NCBI GenBank assembly: GCA_014879445.1
Contig: JACSSC010000058.1
Span: forward strand, 39,536 to 103,535
From: Candidatus Competibacteraceae bacterium
GTDB taxonomy: Bacteria; Bacteroidota; Bacteroidia; CAIKAF01
Direction of reading: 5' to 3'
Length of the DNA stretch: 64,000 nt
A program made the translations under genes and the position numbers. This document shows positions 51,833 to 62,221 of this stretch, piece after piece. How positions within the stretch are numbered: position 1 is the stretch's first letter; every line of letters starts with the position of its first letter. The notes under the pieces are model-generated. The model was given only the letters and a program-made list of their open reading frames with translations. It did no database searches and was not told the DNA's origin.

Positions 51833-54786
51833 TACGACCCATTTTCACTTTTTCGCTTGCATAATCTTGCATATACACAATATTGACAATGTTGCTCATG
51901 TGGCGTTTGATCAAATGGTACTTCGGGATTAAATATCTCCTCCAAACAATTTCTTAATCCTGCTTCAATCTGACTGAAATATTTTCGGCAGTCGTTGACG
52001 GGTGTTATTTCATTTCCCTCTGCATGCATAATTCGAATGTCAAAATTCTTTTGTTGAATATCTCTTACAAAAATCAACGCCGGCATGATAGATGATTCTG
52101 CATCGCCCTTTTGTGAATTCAAACGATCCAATATTCCAGTCATAAAACAATATAACATCACCTGTAATACATATCCCTGACGATTTTCGGCATGTATCGC
52201 AAATAATTCTTCTATATCTTTAAATATATTTTTTTTATTCGACCCACCACTTTTATAGTCCATCACGCGAAGGGTATTTCCAATCTTATCTAATCTGTCA
52301 ATCTTCCCACCAATCCGAATATTCATTCCATTTACTTCAAATATGGCTACGTCTTTCTTCTCCATTTTCAAGAGCATGAAAGGCGCATTTTTTGAGTCAT
52401 ATTGCAGCATACGCGATGCATAATCCGTTAAAATTTGCATGGCTATTATTTGTGTGCCACTGAATATAAATGGATCTTTATTGTCTTTGCCTGTCAGTAC
52501 CTGATGAAATGACCTACTGACAGCCATTTCAATATGTTTATGAAGATTCTCTATCTGTGAAGATGTGAAATGATTCGACTTGTTTGTTTTGATGGCTTCT
52601 TCATACACTATTTGCATGATCTGATGCAATAAATTTCCGAATGATGCCTGATCTATATCTTCTGACAATTCAGTTTCTTCATACATGCCGGCAATATATC
52701 TGAAATAAAATCTCAACCGACAATCGAGATACGTGTTGATTGCTGATGGTGTGATGTATGGGCCTTGTGGTTCATCTATTGTGTAACGATGAAGACGATG
52801 AAGGATATCATCTGTTTTATGCACAACAATTCTTTGTATTGATTCGATTTGAGCTTCTGGATTCTCCTTAAAGGTGTACATAACCCCCGCAGCTATGTCG
52901 GCGCTAAGCTGGTGTATGTATCGAGAGGGCTCGCCGGGTTGCATATCGGTTGATACGGTGTTGTAAAACAAATGCACACTTTTTGCCCTTCCCAGCACTC
53001 GGTAAAAATAGTAGCTGTACATCCGATGATGTGTTTCAGGCGTGGGCAATCCAAATGCTTTTCGAATATTGTATGGAATGTATGATTGGGATGATGCTGA
53101 TGGGGGTAAAATGTCTTCGTTACAGTCGGTAATAAATACATGATCAAAATCCAGACACTGCGATTCTATCAACCCCATAATCTGTATGCGACCGGTTGAT
53201 TCGGACTGAAATGCGATTCGGCTGTTGCGAAATATTTGTGTGATTAATCGTATGGCTGTTTCGCGTGAAAAACTGATTTGCTCTTCGATAGCCGAATATA
53301 TCAGCTGCATTAACGAATCATAAAATGAAGTCAGCATTTCCCATTGCATATCTCCTGATTTATACTTGCTTTCCTGGGCATCAAGTGTCGAAATTAATTC
53401 CTTAAGATATGCATCCAGTTGTTTGAGGAATGCCAATCCCTCTCTTTCGGGTTGTAATAATTTTTGAATAGACGACCAGGTTGTCGGTAATTCCGATGTT
53501 GATATATACATTAATCCATTTTGCTCCCATTCATCAATGGTGTCTTGCAATTTATCAGCCGTTGCTCGAATAAATGGATGCCGAAGAAGGTTTAGTAAAT
53601 GTTGTTTCCCATATTTATATCCATGCTCTTCATGAATGCTATGTCGAATAATCTCACACCATAACTCAAATAATGTAGCGATAAGTGAGTGTCGTAATTG
53701 TAGCCCCATGGTTATATTCAGCTTGTCTTCACTATTGTTTTTTATAATCGGACTTATCGAAGAGAGCAATGCTTGCAGTTTGCTTTCTTCAGGAAGGATT
53801 ATGGCGATGCTGTCATGGGGTTGAATAACGGGTATTGATGTAGTTTGATTAGTGTAATTTATTCGAATGGGCATGCCTGCAAGCAATGAACCGATGCGTT
53901 GCAATTGCGATAAAGACCTGTTCATGTCATACAAGTATATGCGCTCACCGTTTTGGTTTAGATGTGCATGTGGCTTGATAACGGATGGAAACTTGCTGCC
54001 ATATTTTCGGAAATAATATCCAGCTTCATACTCAACTCGTTCGGTATAGTAGGTGTCAACATCCCAAAAAAATACGCAGCTGTAATTTTTTTTCAGGTAA
54101 GAAAATAGCTTTGTTTCGGATGGTGTAAGTGTGTTGAATCCTGCAATGATAATATGTGATGTAGGGGGTAGAAGAGTGGGTAGGTATTTCTCAGGATGCT
54201 CGGACAGCATGCGATACATTTTTCCTTCATATGAAAGATGTTTTTGTTCAAGTTTTTCATGAAAACGGGTATATATTCCTTCAAGCTGTTGCCACAAATG
54301 AAGAAATGAGTGCTGCTCTTCGCTGATGCGCTCAGGATGAAAACTTTCCCAAAATTGACGTATGGCCTCAATCTGTTCGGGGTCTAAATAATAGAAAAGC
54401 TGTGTCAGCTCTTTTTCGTGTAGCAGCACCCTGAATAAATCATGCACTGGTACCAAATGTTTGTCAATAACCGAAAAATCCCGAATCAACATTTCTCCCC
54501 ATGAATAAAAAAGATCATAATTCTCTTTTCCCATACCGTATTCCTGAAACGTACGATATAGCATGGAGATAAGTCGGAAGTTGTCAGCCGTTTCTAAAGG
54601 AATCGCTGATTGTACAAAATCGTCAATGGAATAAATTTGTGGGGCTCTCATCGCTGTTCGGCTGCTGCTCAATGCTTTCATCAAGTAATCTGCCGGACGA
54701 CGATTGGGAAACAATACCCAAACCGAGTCGTTAGATGTACGATTCTGCTCTATGATATAGGCGGATATTTCTTTAATAAAACTCAT
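51829..54786 (-). CDS. addB: AddB-like PD-(D/E)XK nuclease subunit with Fe-S staple
   Basis: FPNRRP, QIMG.IES..LDF, TPSAINTYLDC.LRFY, GKIDRLD..DYKSG, CQYC.Y..LC; coupled to the helicase gene. Confidence 0.85.
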   Translation of the reverse strand: MSFIKEISAYIIEQNRTSNDSVWVLFPNRRPADYLMKALSSSRTAMRAPQIYSIDDFVQSAIPLETADNFRLISMLYRTFQEYGMGKENYDLFYSWGEMLIRDFSVIDKHLVPVHDLFRVLLHEKELTQLFYYLDPEQIEAIRQFWESFHPERISEEQHSFLHLWQQLEGIYTRFHEKLEQKHLSYEGKMYRMLSEHPEKYLPTLLPPTSHIIIAGFNTLTPSETKLFSYLKKNYSCVFFWDVDTYYTERVEYEAGYYFRKYGSKFPSVIKPHAHLNQNGERIYLYDMNRSLSQLQRIGSLLAGMPIRINYTNQTTSIPVIQPHDSIAIILPEESKLQALLSSISPIIKNNSEDKLNITMGLQLRHSLIATLFELWCEIIRHSIHEEHGYKYGKQHLLNLLRHPFIRATADKLQDTIDEWEQNGLMYISTSELPTTWSSIQKLLQPEREGLAFLKQLDAYLKELISTLDAQESKYKSGDMQWEMLTSFYDSLMQLIYSAIEEQISFSRETAIRLITQIFRNSRIAFQSESTGRIQIMGLIESQCLDFDHVFITDCNEDILPPSASSQSYIPYNIRKAFGLPTPETHHRMYSYYFYRVLGRAKSVHLFYNTVSTDMQPGEPSRYIHQLSADIAAGVMYTFKENPEAQIESIQRIVVHKTDDILHRLHRYTIDEPQGPYITPSAINTYLDCRLRFYFRYIAGMYEETELSEDIDQASFGNLLHQIMQIVYEEAIKTNKSNHFTSSQIENLHKHIEMAVSRSFHQVLTGKDNKDPFIFSGTQIIAMQILTDYASRMLQYDSKNAPFMLLKMEKKDVAIFEVNGMNIRIGGKIDRLDKIGNTLRVMDYKSGGSNKKNIFKDIEELFAIHAENRQGYVLQVMLYCFMTGILDRLNSQKGDAESSIMPALIFVRDIQQKNFDIRIMHAEGNEITPVNDCRKYFSQIEAGLRNCLEEIFNPEVPFDQTPHEQHCQYCVYARLCKRKSENGSY

Positions 54787-57700
54787 GGCATATCGGGATT
54801 GATTTCTTCTATGCTATGATTGTGGATGTAATAAATATATCCCTTTGATTTTTTTTCATAAATTAGTGAGGCCAGCTTGCAATAGGTCTTCATCTGATGA
54901 ATATACGCAGGGTCGGGCATTCCTGTTTTGAAATCTACTATCTGAATCTCGCTTTCAAAAATTACCATTTTGTCTGGTTTTAATATCCTGCCATCTGTAT
55001 CTATCAGTGATTGTTCGTTCAGCGATACTACGTCCTCATCAAACCATCGTTTGCTTATCGGATGTTTTTGAAAATTTTCAAACAGCTTTTCAAAATAATC
55101 TTTCGTTATCGAATCTTCCTTAAATCGCTGTGCATACAATTGCAATACGCCATCCACTTCGCTCCATGTGTTAATGCGTGATAATATTTCATGTACTTCT
55201 ATTCCTTTTTCCTGCCACGATTTTCTTTTTTCAGGCGATTTGCGCAATCGGGTATAATCCCATGGTGTGATAAAATGAAATGCTTGATCGCGAATAATCG
55301 CACATTCTATGTCCTTCATTTGTTCTCTCTCGATGTTATGTTTTTCACCCATCTCAAACACTTGTTTTTCTTTGTCGAGGAATTTCTCCAAATCAACGCA
55401 AATATCGTCAGGGTCGTTGAGTGTTGTATGTTGAAGCCCCATCCAAAGTAATGTAGATATGTTTTTTATCTCATCTGTTTTGTCTGCCGAATTCAGAAAA
55501 ACATATAACTCATTTTCGGCTCGTGTCAGTGCCACATACAGCAAATTCAAATGGTCTAAATATACAGCACACTGCTCATCCAGATATTCTTTTGCAAACA
55601 GCGAATGTAACACGTCTTGCTTGTATTTAATGGGCGCCAATGGCGTGTCCCAGTTCAGTATGTCAGGCGGATGCACCCATAATGTATGGATGTTGTTGTT
55701 TTTGTGATCGAGAAACCAATCGCAAAACGGAATGATGACAACCGGAAATTCCAATCCTTTTGATTTGTGTATGGTGATGATGCGAATGGCATCTTGTGTG
55801 TCTGATATCTTTAATGTTTTGTATTGCCCTTTCTCTTCCCACCAAGAAAGGAAATGGGTAGTTTCGCCCTCGTGTTCTTGAAGATATTGAAGCAACTCAT
55901 CACAGAGTGCCCGGAAAAATGATTGGTCAACCGGCCTGAATAAGCCCGCTTGGCTGAAAATTACATGCAGTACGGCGATCAAATCCTGTAAGGTGTGATG
56001 CGACAATTCCTGTTTTTTCTCAAGCACTTCTCGTACTGGAAATGGAGGATTTATAAGCATTTCGTGCAGGTTATTTGCTAGCTCAGGTTGCAGATAGAGC
56101 GCATACTGTGTAATCATATTACCGGTTTCAACAGCTGTATTGATACCCGCCACTACACGTATGGCAGATATCATAAGTTGTATATAACTGTTGTTGGAAA
56201 TTTGCAACGACTGTTCGCTAAAAACGGATACACTCATTTCGCTTTCTTGCGTAAGCCGATGAAATAGTTTGCCCGATTCTTTACTGTTGCGACATAGCAA
56301 TACGATATCACGCATTTGATAACCGCGACGCAACGCATCCTTCACAGCTTCTACCGTTTGATGCATGGCCAAATCTTCCCAGTTTGCTTCTTGCTCCTTC
56401 GCTTCCTTTTTTAAATTCTTTACCCAAACATATCCAGCTGATTCTTTCTTATGGATGTGTTGTTTGTGCCCCGCATATGCATCTACAAACCACTGGGGCG
56501 TTTGAGATGATATCTCATTTTCGTCAAATGCCTTTTTGAATTTTTGTGTGAGCAATGCCGGTAAATGTTCAAAAATTGTATTGTTGAATCGAACAATTTC
56601 TCTTGAACTGCGATAATTGGTATTTAATGAATGAACGATATGAATGGGGATTTCTTGTTCGACCTGATACATCAATAACCGCCAGTCGCCATTCCTGAAT
56701 CGGTATATGGATTGCTTTACATCTCCAACCAACATACACATATATCCCTGCGAAATACTGTTACTGATTAAGGGCTTGAAATTATTCCATTGCAATGAGG
56801 ATGTGTCTTGAAACTCATCTAATAAAAAATGGTGAAAATAGGTTCCTGCTTTTTCATAAATAAACGAATCCTCGTTATGCTCGATAATACGCGATATAAG
56901 AGCTGTGGTGTCAGGCATCAACATCACTTCATTTTCGTCGCGGTATTGGCGTATATATAGTTGTATTTCGGCAAGTATGCCCAGTTGGTATAGATTTTCT
57001 TTAGCTATGAGCGCACTGTAATATATCGGCGAATTTGCCTGATGATAATCACGAATCTTTTCTAATAATGGGTTGAGTGTCGAATATGCATTTTCTATCT
57101 TATCTTTTATCTCTGCTGGTGTGTCCTTGGCATACCAGGTATCTAATTCCCCAATTTTATTCAGAAATGTATCGGTCAGTTTATATTTCGGATTTTTGAT
57201 GTTTTCAAATATTTTCATGAACGAGCGGCTTTTTCCTGAAAAATCAGTTGCTTGCAAATTGTACTTGTTCAGCAGCGCTTCCCCCTCAGTGGCCATCGTC
57301 TTTAGTTCATCAGCATATTCCTTGATTTGCATTCCAAGTTGTTTCGATAATGCATCCATGCGACGGTTGTCGGTAACAAATGAGATGATTTTACTCTCCA
57401 CACTCAAAAACGATTCTCTAAATATCTCCTTCGAAAATTCAAAGAGCCGATCTCGTATATCCCAATTTTTGGCATCTTCTGTCTGCTCTTTCGAAAACTC
57501 AACCAACCATTCAGTTAGCGCCGTATCGGGTTGCAAATCATCCATAAGTCGTTTGATGCACGATTCCAATACATAGTCGGTGTCCATTTCTAACCGAAAC
57601 CCTGCACTTAAACCAATATCTTTGGCAAATGCACGTATGATGCGCTGAAAAAAACTGTCAATCGTTTGTATGTGAAATTCGTGATATTGATGCAACAGTT

Positions 57701-57980
57701 GTTTGAATATAACTTGCCCCCGGTTTCTTACCCATGCTTCATTCCTGTTTAGCTCCGTTGCTATATGTGCAATATGTTTCGAATCCCCTCCTTGTACAAT
57801 AATCTTTAGCTCCTCAATGATTCTTTGCTTCATCTCATTGGTGGCCTTGTTTGTAAATGTTACACCCAATGTGTGACGAAATTCTTCCGGATTCTGAAAC
57901 AAAACCTTTAAATATGCCCTTACCAATGAGAATGTTTTTCCTGATCCTGCGGATGCTTTATATATGGAGAGCTGCGACAA
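54783..57980 (-). CDS. addA: AddA-like UvrD-family helicase/nuclease
   Basis: ASAGSGKTF, TFTNKA, LDEFQDTS, VGDVKQSIYRFR, NYRS, TIHKSKGLEF, YVALTRA, PDK..VDFKTG; TTG start. Confidence 0.9.
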   Translation of the reverse strand: MSQLSIYKASAGSGKTFSLVRAYLKVLFQNPEEFRHTLGVTFTNKATNEMKQRIIEELKIIVQGGDSKHIAHIATELNRNEAWVRNRGQVIFKQLLHQYHEFHIQTIDSFFQRIIRAFAKDIGLSAGFRLEMDTDYVLESCIKRLMDDLQPDTALTEWLVEFSKEQTEDAKNWDIRDRLFEFSKEIFRESFLSVESKIISFVTDNRRMDALSKQLGMQIKEYADELKTMATEGEALLNKYNLQATDFSGKSRSFMKIFENIKNPKYKLTDTFLNKIGELDTWYAKDTPAEIKDKIENAYSTLNPLLEKIRDYHQANSPIYYSALIAKENLYQLGILAEIQLYIRQYRDENEVMLMPDTTALISRIIEHNEDSFIYEKAGTYFHHFLLDEFQDTSSLQWNNFKPLISNSISQGYMCMLVGDVKQSIYRFRNGDWRLLMYQVEQEIPIHIVHSLNTNYRSSREIVRFNNTIFEHLPALLTQKFKKAFDENEISSQTPQWFVDAYAGHKQHIHKKESAGYVWVKNLKKEAKEQEANWEDLAMHQTVEAVKDALRRGYQMRDIVLLCRNSKESGKLFHRLTQESEMSVSVFSEQSLQISNNSYIQLMISAIRVVAGINTAVETGNMITQYALYLQPELANNLHEMLINPPFPVREVLEKKQELSHHTLQDLIAVLHVIFSQAGLFRPVDQSFFRALCDELLQYLQEHEGETTHFLSWWEEKGQYKTLKISDTQDAIRIITIHKSKGLEFPVVIIPFCDWFLDHKNNNIHTLWVHPPDILNWDTPLAPIKYKQDVLHSLFAKEYLDEQCAVYLDHLNLLYVALTRAENELYVFLNSADKTDEIKNISTLLWMGLQHTTLNDPDDICVDLEKFLDKEKQVFEMGEKHNIEREQMKDIECAIIRDQAFHFITPWDYTRLRKSPEKRKSWQEKGIEVHEILSRINTWSEVDGVLQLYAQRFKEDSITKDYFEKLFENFQKHPISKRWFDEDVVSLNEQSLIDTDGRILKPDKMVIFESEIQIVDFKTGMPDPAYIHQMKTYCKLASLIYEKKSKGYIYYIHNHSIEEINPDMP

Positions 57981-58145
57981 TGATTGACTTTTTATTGAAT
58001 TTCAAATTAACAATAATTATATCATTCTTGGTTAAGGCCTAAGCTTAGAGTTATTCACATTTCGTCAACCTTATTTGTTTGCCTGACAAAGAATGGATAG
58101 TTGTATCAAGGCATAAATTCCGTTATTTTCGTAAAAAAATATGCA

Positions 58146-59564
58146 ATGGAAATTTTTTTGCCTTATGTGGCTGGCCAGTTTGTCGAATCTTCTTTAGTAC
58201 ATTCCATCCGCAATCCTTTTTCTGGCAATGAAGTGGCTAAGGCCTGTTTTGCCGATAACGCCATGATGGAGGAAGCCATTGCTAAAGGCGCCGAAGCTCA
58301 AAAATTATTGGCCAAAATGCCCGCATGGAAACGTGCCGAAATACTCCATTTTATTGCCGACCAACTGCAAGAAAATGCACAATATCACGCATCTCTCCTC
58401 GCTACAGAAGCAGCCAAACCGCTTCGATATGCCTCTACCGAAATTGATAGGGCTATTCAAACTTTTCGTGTGGCCGCCGAAGAAACTAAACGCATAAATG
58501 GCGAATTGATTCGCATGGACTGGACAAAAGCTGGCCAGGGACACGAAGGCATCATCAAATTCATGCCCGTTGGATTGGTCGCCGGTATCAGTCCTTTCAA
58601 TTTTCCGCTTAATCTCGCCGTGCATAAAATCGCTCCCGCTATAGCCGCCGGATGCCCCATTGTGCTCAAACCCGCCAGCTCAACTCCGCTTTCTACGATG
58701 GCATTGGCCCGCATCTTGCACATGGCCGGATTGCCAAACGGGGCCGTATCTGTTTTGCCTGCCGACCGACATGTGGGTAATATGCTGGTTACCGACCCAC
58801 GTATCAAACTCCTCTCTTTTACCGGTTCTGATACTATCGGATGGAAAATGAAAGCCGAAGCAGGTAAGAAAAAAACAGTGCTCGAATTGGGAGGTAACGC
58901 AGGCGTAATTATTGCCCAATCTGCACATCCCGACCATCTGCTTGACTTATGCTTGCAAGGCGCTTTTGCTTATTCTGGTCAGGTCTGCATTCATGCTCAA
59001 CGTTTCTTTGTACATGCTCAGCATTACGATTATTTTGTCGATAATATGCGCCGCCTTGCTCTTAACCTCACCTGTGGTGCTCCCGAACTTCAACAAACAG
59101 AATTCTCTTCCATGATTGATGAACCCAACGCAATCCGTGTGCATGATTGGATTCAAGAAGCTGTTAACCAAGGTGCCGAACTGGTATGCGGTGGTCAAAG
59201 AAATGGAGCTTTTGTTGATCCTACTATACTAACTCATACGCATCAACAGATGAAAGTGAATGCTGAAGAAATATTCGGCCCTGTTATCACTATTCAACCT
59301 TTTCATCATTTCGAACAGGCCGTGCAACTGCTTAATCATTCTCGATTCGGATTGCAAGCTGGTGTGTTCACCAACAATATTCACGAAATGGATTATAGCT
59401 TTGCCGAAATCGAAGCCGGTGGCATTATCCTTAATAATGTGCCAACGCTGCGTTTCGACCATATGCCATATGGCGGTATCAAAGATTCAGGACTAGGACG
59501 TGAAGGCGTTAAATATGCCATGCAGGATATGCTCGAAACAAAAATTCTTGTCAAATCTTTTTAA
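58146..59564 (+). CDS. Aldehyde dehydrogenase family protein
   Basis: ISPFNFPLNL, LKPAS, SFTGS, LELGGN, GQVCI, EEIFGP, PYGGIKDSGLGREG; start at 58146. Confidence 0.95.
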   Translation: MEIFLPYVAGQFVESSLVHSIRNPFSGNEVAKACFADNAMMEEAIAKGAEAQKLLAKMPAWKRAEILHFIADQLQENAQYHASLLATEAAKPLRYASTEIDRAIQTFRVAAEETKRINGELIRMDWTKAGQGHEGIIKFMPVGLVAGISPFNFPLNLAVHKIAPAIAAGCPIVLKPASSTPLSTMALARILHMAGLPNGAVSVLPADRHVGNMLVTDPRIKLLSFTGSDTIGWKMKAEAGKKKTVLELGGNAGVIIAQSAHPDHLLDLCLQGAFAYSGQVCIHAQRFFVHAQHYDYFVDNMRRLALNLTCGAPELQQTEFSSMIDEPNAIRVHDWIQEAVNQGAELVCGGQRNGAFVDPTILTHTHQQMKVNAEEIFGPVITIQPFHHFEQAVQLLNHSRFGLQAGVFTNNIHEMDYSFAEIEAGGIILNNVPTLRFDHMPYGGIKDSGLGREGVKYAMQDMLETKILVKSF

Positions 59565-59567
59565 TAT

Positions 59568-60755
59568 ATGACCGAGCACCCTTTCTTTCATAACCATAAC
59601 TTCTACTCGCCGGCCCCCGACGAAAATTTCCTGTCGCCTCTCTATAACTCTGTTCAGGCATGGGGTATGAAAGATGTTTGCTGCATGAATCATCTTGATT
59701 TTGATACTCAATACATAAATGATTTTATTCGTCAACATAAAGACGAATGGATTTTCTTTTTTCTTTCTTACGATTGCCTTTCTGCTCTCACGCCCGTTTC
59801 TCCTCACCCACGAGCCGATGTTTCATCCCCTTGGATTGTCATGGCCACAGCTGATCAGGTACTCGTTAATCAACCGCCACCATTTTACCAACCTTTTGTT
59901 CTCAATGCTCAAATGCCCGTTCAGCATCTCTCGTGGGAGCAATATAAATCAGGATTCGATCATATCATGCACCATATTCGTCGTGGCGATATCTACGAGA
60001 TCAATTATTGCATCCCTTTTTCTGCTCATGTTCAATCCATTAATACTTACGAATTTTGGTTGCATTTGTGCAATAGACAACCTATGCCTTTTAGCATGTT
60101 TTTCGATTATCTCGATTTTGCCTGGATGAGCGCTAGCCCCGAACGCTTTTTTATCAAATCAAACCATCTAATCCGATCTCAACCCATCAAAGGCACCCGA
60201 AAACATTCTCATCCGCTTGATAGGCATTTCGACAAAATGCAACTTCTCAACAGCATGAAAGACCGTACCGAAAATGTTATGACAGTTGATGTAACACGAA
60301 ACGACCTCTCCAAAATTTCAATACCCGGCTCCGTGCATGTTGACGAACTCTTTGGCGTTTATTCCTTTCCCGATTGGTACCAACTCGTCTCTACCGTTTC
60401 GGCTCAACTGTTGCCAAATATTCAATTCATGGATATCATCAGGGCGATGTTCCCAATGGCCAGCATGACCGGCGCTCCCAAAATCAAAGCCATGGAACTT
60501 ATTCATCAGTTCGAACCTCTGCCTCGTGGCCCATTCTCAGGATCTCTTGGCTATATTGACCCACATGGAAATATAGACGCCAATGTACTCATCCGTTCTG
60601 TTTTCTTCAATCACAACCTTCAACAACTCTCTTTCTGGGCCGGCGGTGCCATCACAGCTTCTTCTGTTGCCATTGACGAATACAATGAGTGTTTGCTCAA
60701 GTCATCAGCTATTCAATCACTTTTTAATCCATCTACCCATGACATTTGCCGATAA
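59568..60755 (+). CDS. pabB: Aminodeoxychorismate synthase component I (chorismate-binding family)
   Basis: GDIYEIN, SASPERF, PIKGT, ENVM.VD..RNDL, SMTGAPK, IRS, GGAIT. Confidence 0.8.
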   Translation: MTEHPFFHNHNFYSPAPDENFLSPLYNSVQAWGMKDVCCMNHLDFDTQYINDFIRQHKDEWIFFFLSYDCLSALTPVSPHPRADVSSPWIVMATADQVLVNQPPPFYQPFVLNAQMPVQHLSWEQYKSGFDHIMHHIRRGDIYEINYCIPFSAHVQSINTYEFWLHLCNRQPMPFSMFFDYLDFAWMSASPERFFIKSNHLIRSQPIKGTRKHSHPLDRHFDKMQLLNSMKDRTENVMTVDVTRNDLSKISIPGSVHVDELFGVYSFPDWYQLVSTVSAQLLPNIQFMDIIRAMFPMASMTGAPKIKAMELIHQFEPLPRGPFSGSLGYIDPHGNIDANVLIRSVFFNHNLQQLSFWAGGAITASSVAIDEYNECLLKSSAIQSLFNPSTHDICR

Positions 60756-62073
60756 ATTTCTTCTGAACTGGCAACAATCCTTCTATTTTGCAGCCCACCA
60801 AAAAATTCTCCTCGCCGTTAGCGGTGGTATGGATTCTGTTGCAATGGCGCATTTATTCCATCTGCATCAAATCCCTTTTGGAATTGCTCATGTCAATTAC
60901 CGCCTTCGGAAAAAAGATGCCGACCAGGATGCAAAATTCGTCGAACAACTCGCCCTTACATTTGATGTGCCTTTCTATCTGCTCAAACCCTCTATGAAAA
61001 AAGCTTTGGTAAATAATCGCGACGGACTTCAGCAAACTGCCCGAAATATTCGCTATGCATGGTTTGATAAATTGGCTAAACAACATGGATATGCTTTCGT
61101 CGCTACGGCCCATCATGCCAACGACTCCATCGAAACATTTTTTGTTAATCTCCTTAGAGGAACCGGCATCGAAGGCCTCACCGGTATTCCCGAAAAAAAC
61201 AACAACCGCATCCGGCCACTGCTCTTCGCCTTTCGAAACGAAATTGCCGATTTTGTTACCCAACACAACATCGCTTTCCGTACCGACTATACCAATCTCG
61301 AAACCCACTATACACGCAATCTGCTTCGCATCGAAGTTATCCCCAAACTTGCCGATATCAACCCCGGATTTTATCTCCGAATGCTCAAAAATATTGAAAA
61401 CCTTCAGGCCGCCAAATCCCTTTATACCCAAGCACTGCATAGATTGAAATCCGAACTCGTTCACTTCGACCCGACGATTCCGGGCTACAAATTATCTATG
61501 CTCGAAATAGCAGGCCGTGGTATCCACTCTTCCACACTCTTCGAAATACTCAAAGAATTTGGCTTCCATATCTCTCAAACCGAAGATATGATACAGGCCA
61601 TCGGTGGCAAAAATGGGCTCATCTTTTCTTCCCCCGATTACGACTGCATCACCGACCGCGGATTTTTTCTCATTCGACAAAAAAATATCATCCATCTTCC
61701 ATCATTCTCACTCTCTTCTCCACGAAAAGGCCATTGGAATCAATTTTCATGGCACATCATTTCCAGTAAAAAACATACACCCATCCATCACCCATCTGTA
61801 GCCGAACTCGATTTACAGAAACTCCAGTTCCCACTCACCTGGCGACTCTGGCAATCCGGCGATTTTATTCAACCTCTCGGTTTGAAAGGCCGAAAAAAAT
61901 TAAGCGACCTCACCACCGACCACAAACTCAATCGCTTCCAAAAAGAAAAATTATATGTACTCCAGCAAGCCGACGGCATCATCGTATGGGTTCCCGGCAT
62001 CTGCATCTCTCATCAGCACAAAATCACCCCATCCTCCCAGCGCATTTTTGTTTGCACCCTCTCCAACATATAA
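60739..62073 (+). CDS. tilS: tRNA(Ile)-lysidine synthetase
   Basis: AVSGGMDS, AHVNYRLR, AR..RY, TAHHAND..ET, RG.G..GL, RN.LR, GD...PLG..G.KKLSD; start at 60739. Confidence 0.95.
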   Translation: MTFADKFLLNWQQSFYFAAHQKILLAVSGGMDSVAMAHLFHLHQIPFGIAHVNYRLRKKDADQDAKFVEQLALTFDVPFYLLKPSMKKALVNNRDGLQQTARNIRYAWFDKLAKQHGYAFVATAHHANDSIETFFVNLLRGTGIEGLTGIPEKNNNRIRPLLFAFRNEIADFVTQHNIAFRTDYTNLETHYTRNLLRIEVIPKLADINPGFYLRMLKNIENLQAAKSLYTQALHRLKSELVHFDPTIPGYKLSMLEIAGRGIHSSTLFEILKEFGFHISQTEDMIQAIGGKNGLIFSSPDYDCITDRGFFLIRQKNIIHLPSFSLSSPRKGHWNQFSWHIISSKKHTPIHHPSVAELDLQKLQFPLTWRLWQSGDFIQPLGLKGRKKLSDLTTDHKLNRFQKEKLYVLQQADGIIVWVPGICISHQHKITPSSQRIFVCTLSNI

Positions 62074-62173
62074 TGTTGAGCCAACCCCATTCATGAGTTT
62101 TATATGTTCACACCTCGCACTTAATAATATTAAGATAAGGGATAATTAATTTATACAACGAACATCATTGAAC

Positions 62174-62202
62174 AAAAAAAAGGAGGGCATAAGCCCCCCT
62201 TT
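62174..62202 (-). terminator. Intrinsic terminator for the minus-strand operon
   Basis: Minus strand AAGGGGGGC-ttat-GCCCTCCTT followed by T-run. Confidence 0.75.
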
Positions 62203-62221
62203 GCCAAGGTCGTTGAACAAA

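Noticed and set aside
51829-57980. Helicase plus nuclease pair as an anti-phage or Cas4-like system
   Set aside because: Size, motifs and Fe-S staple match the housekeeping AddAB repair complex
62074-62221. Replication origin or terminus at the apparent skew change
   Set aside because: Only poor DnaA-box matches, no dif, and downstream sequence is not consistently G-rich
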